NCBI GenBank assembly: GCA_963733195.1
Contig: CAVTCR010000074.1
Location: 96,001 to 160,000 of the forward strand
Direction of reading: 5' to 3'
DNA length: 64,000 nt
From: an uncultured delta proteobacterium
GTDB taxonomy: Bacteria > Desulfobacterota > Binatia > Bin18
The notes below the pieces were generated by a model, which was given only the letters and a program-made list of their open reading frames with translations, was not told the DNA's origin and searched no databases. Shown here in pieces: positions 9,562 through 20,006 of the stretch (position 1 is its first letter; each line of letters opens with the position of its first letter). Position numbers and translations under genes: made by a program.

Positions 9562-11297
9562 AGCTCAGCTAATTCTTCTTCCAATGCCTGTTGCTGAAAG
9601 ATATCTGCATAAATCCCACTGCGTTCAACGAGCTGCGTATGGGTGCCAGTTTCGACGACACGACCATCCTCAAGAACGATAATCATATCCGCATCACGGA
9701 CCGCAGATATGCGATGGGAAATCACCACCACAGTCTTATCGCGGGTCGCCGCACGCAACCCACGGAGAATTTCCCGTTCAGTCTGCACGTCAACACTCGA
9801 CAACGCATCGTCCAACACCAGAATCGGTGGATCAGCGAGCAGTGCGCGTGCCAAGGTCATCCGCTGTTTTTGTCCACCAGACAGGGTAACCCCCCGTTCG
9901 CCGACAACGGTGTCGTAACCGCGAGGAAAATCCGTAATCTCCTGGTCGAGATGGGCAACACGTGCAGCCCATCGCACCCGCTCCATATCGACTGCGGGCA
10001 AGGAGAACGCAATGTTATCTTTGATCCGGGTCGAAAACAGAAACGGGTCTTGCGGCACGAAGCCGACCCAACGCCGCAATGCCGCCAAAGAACAGGTACG
10101 AATATCTTGGCCATCAATCCTGATTGTTCCATTTTGGATATCAAACAAACGCGGGAGTAATTGCACCAAGGTACTTTTTCCTGACCCCATGCGTCCGACG
10201 ATCGCGACGGTCGCTCCGGCGGGAATCGTAAAGTTGATGTCGCGTAACACTAAGTGACCATTGAGTTGCGCACGATAGCCAAAGTCGACGTGTTGAAAGT
10301 CAATCTCTCCACGAATCTGTCGTGCCAAACCGTCCCCTTGGCCATCAACGATCTCAGGTTGCGCCTGAAAGATCGCCTCCAAGCGTTTCAACGCCGCTTG
10401 TCCACGTTGAAAGATAGAGATCAGCCAGCCCAGGGCCATGGTCGGCCAAGCTAACAGATGGAGATATCCCATGAAGGCAACAAGGTCGCCCAAACTGAGG
10501 CGACCAGCGATCACGTGCGAACCACCGTACCAGAGCACGATCAAGAGACCAAGGCCAGACACCGCTTTCATGAGCGGTGGGAACAGGCCACGCACGCGCG
10601 CGAGACTCATACTCTCTTCACGAAAAATATCGTTGAGACGCGTAAACTCTGCAGCTTGCCAGTCTTCGCGAACGTAAGCGCGTATGACGTGCATGCCACT
10701 TACAGATTCTTGCACCCGAGTCGAGAGGTTTGCCAGTCCTTCTTGGACTTTCAGCGTTTTCTCCATCATCTGCCGGCTCATGCGTTTGACGAACAACAAC
10801 ATGAATGGGTATGTCGCCAAGGCAGCCAATGTTAGCTGGGGATCCATCATCACCATCGCAGAGACCGCGTAGACGTAATACAGAGGGGTGTTTAACAGGT
10901 TGAGAATACCGAGTCCTAAGAGCAGGCGCACTGCGGTCACGTCGTTCACCAAGCGTGACATCAAATCGCCAATCGCCTGACGTTGATAATAGCCCAGCGA
11001 GAGTTTTTGCAGGTGGGCAAAGAGATCATTGCGCAATTGGTATTCGATATCGCGTCCGACGTTGAAGATCATAAAGCGTGAGATCGACCGCACAATGCCT
11101 TGGACACAAGCGATGCCAATGATTACCAGCACATAAAACAGCACGTCATGAAACGAACGGTGCTGTTGAATTGCTTCGATAGTCCACTTGAGCAACAGGG
11201 GAATCGACATCGCCAGGGTCGCGGAGGCGATCAGGCAGAGAATCCCGCGCGCATAGCGGGCACGGTAGCGGACGATGTAACCCCACAGACGGTGCAT
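9558..11297 (-). CDS. ABC exporter permease/ATPase (MdlA-like half with degenerate Walker B)
   Basis: GRMGSGKS, LSGGQKQR, LVLDDALS; 4-nt overlap with partner. Confidence 0.93.
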   Translation of the reverse strand: MHRLWGYIVRYRARYARGILCLIASATLAMSIPLLLKWTIEAIQQHRSFHDVLFYVLVIIGIACVQGIVRSISRFMIFNVGRDIEYQLRNDLFAHLQKLSLGYYQRQAIGDLMSRLVNDVTAVRLLLGLGILNLLNTPLYYVYAVSAMVMMDPQLTLAALATYPFMLLFVKRMSRQMMEKTLKVQEGLANLSTRVQESVSGMHVIRAYVREDWQAAEFTRLNDIFREESMSLARVRGLFPPLMKAVSGLGLLIVLWYGGSHVIAGRLSLGDLVAFMGYLHLLAWPTMALGWLISIFQRGQAALKRLEAIFQAQPEIVDGQGDGLARQIRGEIDFQHVDFGYRAQLNGHLVLRDINFTIPAGATVAIVGRMGSGKSTLVQLLPRLFDIQNGTIRIDGQDIRTCSLAALRRWVGFVPQDPFLFSTRIKDNIAFSLPAVDMERVRWAARVAHLDQEITDFPRGYDTVVGERGVTLSGGQKQRMTLARALLADPPILVLDDALSSVDVQTEREILRGLRAATRDKTVVVISHRISAVRDADMIIVLEDGRVVETGTHTQLVERSGIYADIFQQQALEEELAEL

Positions 11298-11349
11298 GTT
11301 GTGTAGTTTTCACCATATCGACGAGACCAAGGAGCAGCAAGGGCTTTAG

Positions 11350-11425
11350 GAAATGAAGAGTGAAGAATGACTGATTTTCTCATCTTAATTCTCAACTCTT
11401 AACTCTTCATTCTTAACTCTTCTCT
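11350..11425. repeat. Heptamer-periodic imperfect hairpin
   Basis: aaatgaagagtgaagaatga ... tcttaattctcaactcttaactcttcattcttaactctt; overlaps the end of the upstream gene. Confidence 0.6.
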
Positions 11426-12660
11426 TTCCTGTCCCATCCGCGCCATAAGCCCAGCAATAGCCCACATGACAATAACGACTTCGGCGTCGCCGAAATTGTG
11501 CTGCGTCAGACCACCAATCAGAAAGCCGATGATACTGAGAAAGGCGCCTAGAATCATGCTGCGGAACGGTTCATCCCCGGGAGGTATACATTGATAGGTT
11601 TCCCATCCCAGACGAAGCAACGACCAGAAGAAAAACAGAAAGGCTGCCAATCCAAGTAGACCGATATCGACTCCCACTTGGAGAAAAGTGTTGTGCGCAT
11701 GGCCAGTGTGATCCGCCTGCGGATGCTGTTCGTAGAAGGGATCGCGGAATTTGCGATAATTCCCATAGCCCCACCCTAGCAATGGTCGCTCCTTGATCAT
11801 CTCGATATTTGCTTGCCAGATATGACTCCGTGGGAGGTTCTGAACAAAATCGAAGGTTGACTGGAAACGCTCCTGGACGCCTGCTCCGGCAGTGATGAGA
11901 AAAAGACCAAAGACGAGCACCCCACCCGTCACCCCGGCCAACGTTTTGCCACCACGGATAACTCCGAGAAGAAACAACACGACAAGGTAGGCCAACCACA
12001 CCCCACGAGTCAGAGAAAATAACAGGGCAAACACCATCAAGCTCCATCCTACCGTAAGCAACAGTCGTTGGCGGAGTGCAAGCCCTGCACCTGACAACCA
12101 AACCGTCATAAACGTTAGAGGAAACAACAGATTGTGAGCAAAAGTAATCCCGGAAGGGTGAAAGCCTTTTGTACGCCATCCCTCGTCCTGCCCAAACCAG
12201 AAGGGGTCGAGTGAGGGCGGTTTCCCACGTAACTGTTTGTTGAGATCGATTCCCGTGTAGTGCTGTACGATGCCATACGCAGCGACCACACTTGCCACTA
12301 TCGCCAACAGCGAGATAAGGCGTTCAACGTCTTTGGGCTTCTGGATCAGTGTTGCCGTGACAAAGAATGCACCGACCAACCACAGCTTCCGATACCCAAG
12401 CAGTGAGTTTCCTACCGCAGGACAGAACACCGTCGAAAGCAGGAACGCACTAAACAGTAGAAGGAGTGGACGATCAAGCGCTGTTGTCGGCCACCGCCGT
12501 TCTCGCCAACAAAGTATCGCACTCACCACAAGCACAAAGGGCAAGTGATCCTTGCTGAAAAGCAACCGGTAACGAGAACGTAGCAAAGAACAATGACAGG
12601 AATACAAAGGGCGTCAACTTGGAACTGAGAGTTATCCCAGTAACACGCGGCACTCGTTCA
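11399..12660 (-). CDS. O-antigen ligase / oligosaccharyltransferase family membrane protein, 5' frameshift
   Basis: SLTRGVW, PLLGWGYGNY, HAHNTFLQ motifs. The N-terminal TM segment (TPFVFLSLFFATFSLPVAFQQ) is in another frame; start approximate. Confidence 0.85.
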
Positions 12661-14103
12661 CACTCCCTTGCGTGTTAACATCACCTTCACGGTTTCGGCC
12701 ATTATCCGCATGTCTAACCACAAGGAGTAATTGTAAATATACGCAAGATCATATTTGAGTTTGTATTCTGCTGTCGTGTGGTATTCACCATTCACTTGCG
12801 CGAGTCCAGTGAGTCCAGGTTTGACTTGCAAACGTTCGGCGTATCCTGGAATCGTCCGCAAGAATCCCTCGACGAATTCTGGGCGCTCGGGTCGTGGACC
12901 GACCAAACTCATTGTGCCATTCAATACGTTAAAGAGTTGTGGAAGCTCGTCAATACGCATGGCCCGCAAGAAACGACCTACAGGCGTGATTCGTTCGTCA
13001 TCCGCTCCTGCAAGTACCGGCCCAGTTGTGGCCTCTGCTCGATCGACCATCGTACGCAGCTTGTACATCACAAACTCTTTACTGTCGCGCCCAACCCGGC
13101 GTTGACGATAGAACGTCGGCCCAGCCGATGTGAGTTTGATACAACACACGGCGACACATAACACAGGCAGGCTGAGCAGCAAAAGCACCGCCGCAATCCC
13201 AACATCCACCACTTCCTTGATAAGGAACGCGAGGTCCTCCTGTGGGTCTTTCAGGACTTCCACCAACGGCACATCGTGCAACCGTAACGTTGATACGCGA
13301 CCGACTAAAATGTCATATACTGACGGTACCACTAACACCCGAGGACGGTCCTCATTCTCTCGCCATCCGCCCGAAGAGCGTACCAAACTATCGATAAACG
13401 AATCTTTCCAGGTCGGCTGTGAAAGAAGAATCACCTCCTCGATACTATGTTGACGCATGAGTTGAGGAAGATCCTCCACACTACCGAGCCATGGCACAGA
13501 TGGGTGCGCGGCGACCGGTGTCGGTCCATCAACGGTCACCAATCCGACCAGTATCAGCCCCGGCGTATGGAAAACTTCTGGGAGTCCAGCTAAGAAGGTA
13601 CGGAGTTCCTCTGTCGCACCAACCAACAGCACACGAAGTGGTCGCACGCGCGCGAGCCAACGCACTACCCATATGCGAAGGATCGTCACTCCCACGGTAT
13701 TGAGTATCCATAACAAGACAAGCACAGAGCGGGGAAAGAACAGATCGCCCCGGAAAAAATACCACGCGGATGTCGCGAGCAACTGCACGCCTAACGCTGC
13801 TGCAACATTGGTCACTAATCGTGTTCGATGCACCAAAGCGTGAAGGTCGTAAAAACCAAAAAAGTACAGCAGAATGATTTGTGACGCTGCAAGGATGAAC
13901 AACGGATGATTGACTTCGGTAAAACGAACCGATGGTAGGAGATCTGCGGTAAAAGGGAACGACACATGAATACGCAGCGCAAAAGCGAGGAGGTAGACCA
14001 AGAGGACGCAGAGAATATCTGCCAGCATCAAGACCAGCAGCGTGGTCTGGTACCGTAGTGTCGGTCGTCGTACTGTTGTCCCTGCTAGGGCAGTGTCTGC
14101 CAT
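12658..14103 (-). CDS. Initiating polyprenyl-phosphate sugar-1-phosphate transferase (WcaJ/WbaP-like)
   Basis: N-terminal TMs; YKLRTM, RIDELPQLFNVLNGTMSLVGPRPERP, KPGLTGLAQV. Confidence 0.95.
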   Translation of the reverse strand: MADTALAGTTVRRPTLRYQTTLLVLMLADILCVLLVYLLAFALRIHVSFPFTADLLPSVRFTEVNHPLFILAASQIILLYFFGFYDLHALVHRTRLVTNVAAALGVQLLATSAWYFFRGDLFFPRSVLVLLWILNTVGVTILRIWVVRWLARVRPLRVLLVGATEELRTFLAGLPEVFHTPGLILVGLVTVDGPTPVAAHPSVPWLGSVEDLPQLMRQHSIEEVILLSQPTWKDSFIDSLVRSSGGWRENEDRPRVLVVPSVYDILVGRVSTLRLHDVPLVEVLKDPQEDLAFLIKEVVDVGIAAVLLLLSLPVLCVAVCCIKLTSAGPTFYRQRRVGRDSKEFVMYKLRTMVDRAEATTGPVLAGADDERITPVGRFLRAMRIDELPQLFNVLNGTMSLVGPRPERPEFVEGFLRTIPGYAERLQVKPGLTGLAQVNGEYHTTAEYKLKYDLAYIYNYSLWLDMRIMAETVKVMLTRKGV

Positions 14104-14113
14104 ACTGTGTTGT

Positions 14114-14944
14114 TTACAAAGGGGAAGGTGTATGAAGAGGCTGAACGTCTTCTAAACGACGATAGAGCCGCTGCCGAGAAAACAGGTACCGATGTTTCCA
14201 GAAGTAGTAGCTTATTCCCCACAGATGTTTCCAACTCAGCCCGGAAAATAATGAGCGCGCCACTCGGCGCTCCTTATGAATGACCACCGCCTCCGGGTTG
14301 TAGATCACCTGCCACCCAGCTTGTCGTAGACGCAAACAGAAGTCGACATCTTCTGGTCCATAAAAAATCTTCTCATCCAGCAGCCCTACGGTCATCAGTG
14401 CTTCACGACGAATGACTTGGCACGCACCAATCACATAGTCAACTGCACGGATGGAACTATGATCCCATTCGGCCATCTCGGTCTCGCGTCGAAGTTGCTG
14501 GACCTTCGCGACTGGCATCTGTCGTGCAAGCTTATCGAGCAGTGTCGGATAAAAACGACAAGTGAGATGGAGTTGCCCTTCAAGGTCAGTAAGTTTCGGC
14601 GCACACAGCCCCACTCGGGGATGAGTATTCATATAGGCAATGAGACGATCGAACGCGCTGGGTTCCACAGCAGTGTCGTCATCAAGCAGGATAATATATT
14701 CCCCTTGTGCAACTCTGATGCCTTGATTCCGTCCGGGAGCAACGCCACGATTGTCTCTGTTCACCATGAGTTGCATCCACGGAAACTCAAAACGTAAAGA
14801 AGCAGGAGTATATCCACGCGAGCCGTTATCGACGACAAGGACTTCATACGGACAGGTAGTGATAGCCTGCGGAAGAGACAGCAAACATCCACGCAAGAGG
14901 TCCGTCGAGTTCCACGTCAGAATTACAATCGAAGCTTTGATCAC
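14114..14944 (-). CDS. Glycosyltransferase family 2 (rhamnosyltransferase-like)
   Basis: SIVILTWN, VVDNGS, LLDDD, GPEDVDFCLR; likely GTG start at 14944. Confidence 0.9.
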   Translation of the reverse strand: MIKASIVILTWNSTDLLRGCLLSLPQAITTCPYEVLVVDNGSRGYTPASLRFEFPWMQLMVNRDNRGVAPGRNQGIRVAQGEYIILLDDDTAVEPSAFDRLIAYMNTHPRVGLCAPKLTDLEGQLHLTCRFYPTLLDKLARQMPVAKVQQLRRETEMAEWDHSSIRAVDYVIGACQVIRREALMTVGLLDEKIFYGPEDVDFCLRLRQAGWQVIYNPEAVVIHKERRVARSLFSGLSWKHLWGISYYFWKHRYLFSRQRLYRRLEDVQPLHTPSPL

Positions 14945-14949
14945 TACTG

Positions 14950-15961
14950 TTACCCCCTCCACCCTTTCGTCGATGAGAACGGACGATACAAAGAGTAAAA
15001 ATCTTTGCGAGTTAACGCCAGTCGTGCCCACAGACGCGCGACACCCTTGATCCCCAAAGACAGCAGCACCAATGGATATTCACGGATAGAGAGTGCGCGC
15101 CAGAAATGCGGCCAGTGGTACTGAGCAATCGGCCCCGCAACGAGCAGCTTCCTATGCTCTCGCAGAATCTGCAGCTTCCCACCCTCTGTTCGTACTCGTT
15201 CGGCAAAATAATCGCGCCATGTCATTGGAGGTACGAAAAAAACCTGCGCATGCAGTTCTTTAGTCATATGCGACCGACCGACCGCCACTGTTAGCCATGC
15301 GTCTTCGAGCAAGAGATTGTCTGGAATTCCATTCGGAAGCACAGTTTTACGCAGCAAGAGCAGTCGTCCTCCAGCATTGCCAAAATTAAAGCGGTAGGGA
15401 ATCGCGCCCATCCGACCCCACAGGGTACCACCATCGGGCAGAAATGGGACTTCCTGTGCGGCAACCAAGTTCAGCGTAGGCTCTTGCTGCATTCGTGTAT
15501 AGAGCGCGTACACAGAGTTACGGTCAATTCGCACATCCGCATCAGAAAAAAGCACCATGGTCCCCTGTGCCCATCGCCAGAGGGTGTTCCAGGCTGGAGG
15601 TTTGCCCTTACGTTCGGTCAGTAAGATAGTGCAACGAGGAAAGGTTCTCGGTCCCCTCTCCTCTAGTGGGAAAGGGACAGGGCGAGGGGACCTATACTCG
15701 TCCCCTGCCCCTTCCTCATACTCTACCCACATTTCCTCACACTTCACCTGGTGCCGCTGACAAAACTCACGCATCGCCGTTAATGGGACGCATTCTTCTC
15801 CTAAGCGAATGCCATTGATGCAAATCAGTAGCTCAGTAATGAGCCCTGCGGGCAACCGCTGATGCAGGCATGCTTCGTGCACGCTTTCTAAGTGTTGTTC
15901 TGAGTCCAGGCTCACTCCCACGACAGGGAATAGCAATTGATAAGGAGTCTTGTATAAGCAT
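14950..15961 (-). CDS. Glycosyltransferase family 2, frameshift near 15890, with in-frame palindromic insert
   Basis: N-terminus MLIQDSLSIAIPCRG in one frame continues into the 328-aa ORF with GKPPAWN, FSDADV, LLEDAWL. Confidence 0.75.
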
Positions 15962-16006
15962 CGTCCTCAGCCGAAACCCCTGACATTGGCACACACTACA
16001 CGAATA

Positions 16007-16102
16007 CCGCTCGTGCTGAGCGTAGCCCGAAGGGCGGAGTCGAAGCATGCGTTGTTAACCAATACCTTCATCCTTCGACTTCGCTTCGCTCAGGACGAAC
16101 GG
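16007..16102. repeat. REP-like inverted-repeat element
   Basis: ccgctcgtgctgagcgtagc...gtcgaagcatg pairs with catccttcgacttcgcttcgctcaggacgaacgg. Confidence 0.8.
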
Positions 16103-16133
16103 AGCAACTATCCATCAGCGTAGTGTACGAATA

Positions 16134-17480
16134 TTATGAGATTTGATCGATAAGCTTACGATAGTATCCTTCGATTGCTTCAGCATCGGCTGCAATAGAC
16201 TGAACCGGAGGAAAGTGCTGCGATAGTTTCCCCACCAACGAGGGATCGGTGATGAACCGCTCCAAAGTCCGACGCAAATCCCCAACATCGCGCGGGCGGA
16301 AGAGCAAGCCATTCACACCATCCTGTATCCACTCCGGCATGCCACCGAAGGCAGCTGTCACAACAGGTTTTTTCGCTAGAAACGCCTCACGGATAACCAG
16401 TGGGGCGTTCTCGTACCAGATCGACGGAACTACCACGACATCGACCTCTCCGAGAATGCGCCCAACCTCATGATGCTCGTAGCGTCCCATCATACGGATG
16501 TGGGGGGAACTACGAAGCTGAGCAAGGAACTGTGCTCGGTCCGGATAAGGAGCGTAGTCAGCTTCGCCACCGTAAATACGCAGCTCTGCTCCTGTTAACG
16601 GGACAGCAGCCTCAACTAGGTGATGAACGCCTTTCACCGGGTCAACAACTCCAATATAGCCAAAGATCACAGGATCATGGGGCTGCCGTTTTCTGCCATT
16701 CTGGAGCATCATCGGTGGTAGCCCACACTCCGCAAAGAGAATCTTTTCCGATGGAATACCGAACGCCAAGAACTGTTCTCGGAGGAATTGCGACGGCGCC
16801 AGAAAGAGTGATACAGCTTTACAGATCTCACGGATATGCGCCATACGTTGAGCAATCTGCAAGCATGCCTCAGCCGAAGGTCGGCGATGAGTAACGTACT
16901 TTGCATATACCCAACGGAGCCGATCTCTCAACCAACGATGTTTTCCCGGGGCGAGCCTCAGTTTTTGATATATTGGGATCAGTTGCCTAGACAGCAGATA
17001 TCCAAAACAGCGCGCGCATCCCTCATCCGTTTGACCTGAACACACCGAAAGATCAGGCTTGAGAAATCGACCACGCTGGCAGATGAGCCAGTAATCGTGC
17101 AGGGTCATCACAACTGGGATTCTTCGTCGTGCAGTCTCCTCAACGCAAGTGGTCGAAAGATACATCAAGTGATGGAAGTGTACGACCTCTGGGGTGACAG
17201 CATCCAGGAAAGCGCTAAATTGCTCAGCAATGTCTGGATTGAGATAACTCCGGGTAAAGGTATTGAGGCGGGTGAAGGTGTTATTGACTCTCGTCACTGG
17301 CAAACCGTCGTAGCTAACCGTATCTACTGCACCCTCAGGTCGGTGGGGGTCATTCACGCGGGTGAAGACCTGGACCTCGTGCCTACGACGACGCAGTGCA
17401 GTAGCCAAGTGCGCTGCATACATCTCCGTCCCACCTAAACTTTCTGGTGGCATGCCTTGGACAACATGGAGGATCTGCAC
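16134..17480 (-). CDS. Glycosyltransferase family 4
   Basis: ILHVVQGMPP..GGTE, TLHDYW, KGVHHL, PSIWYENAPLVIREA. Confidence 0.93.
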   Translation of the reverse strand: MQILHVVQGMPPESLGGTEMYAAHLATALRRRRHEVQVFTRVNDPHRPEGAVDTVSYDGLPVTRVNNTFTRLNTFTRSYLNPDIAEQFSAFLDAVTPEVVHFHHLMYLSTTCVEETARRRIPVVMTLHDYWLICQRGRFLKPDLSVCSGQTDEGCARCFGYLLSRQLIPIYQKLRLAPGKHRWLRDRLRWVYAKYVTHRRPSAEACLQIAQRMAHIREICKAVSLFLAPSQFLREQFLAFGIPSEKILFAECGLPPMMLQNGRKRQPHDPVIFGYIGVVDPVKGVHHLVEAAVPLTGAELRIYGGEADYAPYPDRAQFLAQLRSSPHIRMMGRYEHHEVGRILGEVDVVVVPSIWYENAPLVIREAFLAKKPVVTAAFGGMPEWIQDGVNGLLFRPRDVGDLRRTLERFITDPSLVGKLSQHFPPVQSIAADAEAIEGYYRKLIDQIS

Positions 17481-17572
17481 GAGTGATATCCTTTTCCTTC
17501 TCTTCTATACCCAAACGGCACGGACAGCAGAAGAAGTGCCTTCCGGAAACATTGTTGTCCGTGGTTATCACC

Positions 17573-18481
17573 TCAGAGTGCCGTTCCCTTTGTTGGAGAA
17601 GGGTGGGTGCGAGAGGGTCCGTACAACTGTTCCCCGTCGCGGTGCCCTTTCTTATACCAGTAGATTCGGTTCAGAGCGAACAGGGGGTAACGACACAGCG
17701 CCACAAACTCGCGCTTTTGCCATAACTCACGTATGGTTTTATGGCTGCGTCCAATCATCGCGGCAAGTGAGGACTGCGATGGCGAGGATGCGGCTTGTGG
17801 ATCAGGTACCTTGTGTCGTAAGGCGAGATATTGCCCCATCAGTCCCTCCTCATACCAGCGTCTCCGCCAGTAACGAAGCAATGGCGGGTGGCTATGGAAC
17901 ACGCTCGCATCGTGGACGTACCGAATAATGTACGGTGCCGGAAGCGTATAGGCCCACAGAAAATCTTCTCCTGAAGATGTTTCTTCATCGAACGGGACAT
18001 CCTGCCACACACTTTTCCGCACCGCACTATTGGCATTGGAGAACGACGCCCGGACGGTGTTGTCAGCTTGGAGCGTATACGACTGCTCCAATTCTCGCTC
18101 TTCGAGCGGATTTACTCCTGGTATGGGCTTCTGTCGGCCATAGGTCGCCACTACCAGTGCGTTATTCGTGAATGGGGTTACCAATTCTCGCAACCAGGAA
18201 CGAGAACACGGCACACAGTGGGCCGAGAGAAACACAACATATTCACCATGAGCTAATGAGGCTCCGTGATTGAGCGCAAAACCGAATGTGAACTCGCCCG
18301 TAGGGATTTCCTCCAGTCGTACCGGAAAGCCACGCACAATCTCCACTGTCCGGTCTTTCGACCCTGAGTCTAGTACGATCACCTCATACTGTTCAGTAAA
18401 CTCCTGCTCCAAAACCCTTTGTAGCACTGAGCCGATGAAGTGCTCTTCATTTTTGCTGCGAATGACAATCGATACCCTCAT
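17573..18481 (-). CDS. Glycosyltransferase family 2
   Basis: VSIVIRSKNE, LDSGSKD, FSNANSAVR, GEDFLWA. Confidence 0.9.
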   Translation of the reverse strand: MRVSIVIRSKNEEHFIGSVLQRVLEQEFTEQYEVIVLDSGSKDRTVEIVRGFPVRLEEIPTGEFTFGFALNHGASLAHGEYVVFLSAHCVPCSRSWLRELVTPFTNNALVVATYGRQKPIPGVNPLEERELEQSYTLQADNTVRASFSNANSAVRKSVWQDVPFDEETSSGEDFLWAYTLPAPYIIRYVHDASVFHSHPPLLRYWRRRWYEEGLMGQYLALRHKVPDPQAASSPSQSSLAAMIGRSHKTIRELWQKREFVALCRYPLFALNRIYWYKKGHRDGEQLYGPSRTHPSPTKGTAL

Positions 18482-18518
18482 GGCCAACATCCGCAGAACA
18501 GGAAACATGCGACTCGCT

Positions 18519-19250
18519 TCACAGCGGTTTCTTAAACAAAGTCACGCAATCCTGATTTGGGGTATCCCAATCAATAATTTGGGATTTGACAACTTCAAGT
18601 CCTTCTTTGGCGCAGTAGTGGTGAAAAAGGTTTTGTGACATAAAGTTTCTCCACCCAGGATTGTCATGAATATTCCCTGTGGGATTCTTGTCGTAGTTCG
18701 AGTAGTGGCAAAACCCGTATCCACCAGGCTTCAGAACACGGTAGAAGTCGTGCAAATACGAACGAACAACATCACTGTCAAAATGGCCCATCGCATCGAA
18801 ACAATAGACCAGAGAGACTTCACCACTCGGAATACCGCTCAACGTAAAGCCGTCATTCTGGATGTAAGTGATTTTCTTCTCTGTGGCAAAGCGTTGCTGG
18901 CAAAAGCGAATGTTATCTGCATTGATGTCAACCAGGTAGAGTTTCTTAGCTAACTCTAAAAGCTTTCTTGTGTTGCGACCATGACCGGCCGCCAAATCAA
19001 CCACACAGGAAAAGTCACACCCCTGAATAAACGGCCAGACCGTTTGGCTCCACGCCTGCTCGATCCACTGCTCCGCAGACTCGTAATAGTCTAAAGCAAC
19101 ACGAGAGTGTCCCTTCCAGTCTTCTCCGACTTCCCCTGCCCATTTCGTCAGACGTTCTCGATCTGGAAGAAAACTCGTGAGAGAATGCTCAACAGTAGAG
19201 GTTTTGAGCTTTTGCTTGCTTCTACTCCACAAACCACGTAAACGTCTCAT
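18519..19250 (-). CDS. Class I SAM-dependent methyltransferase
   Basis: VVDLAAGHGR, VDIN, RVLKPGG. Confidence 0.9.
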   Translation of the reverse strand: MRRLRGLWSRSKQKLKTSTVEHSLTSFLPDRERLTKWAGEVGEDWKGHSRVALDYYESAEQWIEQAWSQTVWPFIQGCDFSCVVDLAAGHGRNTRKLLELAKKLYLVDINADNIRFCQQRFATEKKITYIQNDGFTLSGIPSGEVSLVYCFDAMGHFDSDVVRSYLHDFYRVLKPGGYGFCHYSNYDKNPTGNIHDNPGWRNFMSQNLFHHYCAKEGLEVVKSQIIDWDTPNQDCVTLFKKPL

Positions 19251-19966
19251 GCAGATTTTTCCCTATCCTCGATCATCCCCCGACCCTGCCAACCAGAAAG
19301 GCCATTGATGTGCTCCCTGTTTCGCACGAGCGGCGTGTCCAGTTCGGCAGGGTGAGACAAGGTATGGTGGTCTCTCTCGGTTCCGCTCTGTGACGAAGGA
19401 GCGAACCGTAAGAGCCGTAAGCCACCCCACACGACCGGCTTTCCCATGTGAATGTCCTCTGTTCTCGTCGCATCTAACGAGAGCAGGCCACAGTCTATGA
19501 ATGGGAGGTGTTTGCACGCTTCATCGATCGCCTCTTGGACTTCAAAGTAGTGGACATCATGAAAAAGCACATAACTGCCTTCATGCACGAAAGGGCTCAC
19601 CGCCTCGATATCGCGTAGCACCCCACTATAGGTGTGATCTCCGTCTACAAAGATGAAATCAAAAGGCGACCCAAGCAATTCATGAGCCTTCGTAACTGCC
19701 TCCGGAGAAGCGGCGCTGAGGAAAGAAACTCGATGTGAGAGGTGTGCGAAGTGGTCCGGGGTAACCTGCGGAGCCGGATCAACACAGACGAGTCGTCCAC
19801 TTCCCACAGCATCCATAGCCGCACAGATGATCATCGCCGCGCCTCCTTGAGCTGTACCAATTTCCAAGACGGAGGCAGGCCGCAACCCATAGATAAGGGA
19901 GTACAAGAGAAATCGCTCTGGCATCGTTAAGTGTGCAGGGGCATCATAAATGATCTGGACTGACAT
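19247..19966 (-). CDS. Class I SAM-dependent methyltransferase (Methyltransf_24-like)
   Basis: VLEIGTAQGG, FDFIFVDGDH, FHD. Confidence 0.9.
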   Translation of the reverse strand: MSVQIIYDAPAHLTMPERFLLYSLIYGLRPASVLEIGTAQGGAAMIICAAMDAVGSGRLVCVDPAPQVTPDHFAHLSHRVSFLSAASPEAVTKAHELLGSPFDFIFVDGDHTYSGVLRDIEAVSPFVHEGSYVLFHDVHYFEVQEAIDEACKHLPFIDCGLLSLDATRTEDIHMGKPVVWGGLRLLRFAPSSQSGTERDHHTLSHPAELDTPLVRNREHINGLSGWQGRGMIEDREKSA

Positions 19967-20006
19967 CTCACTTTCCTTTTGCTGGTAGGACGATTCTCCT
20001 CATGGC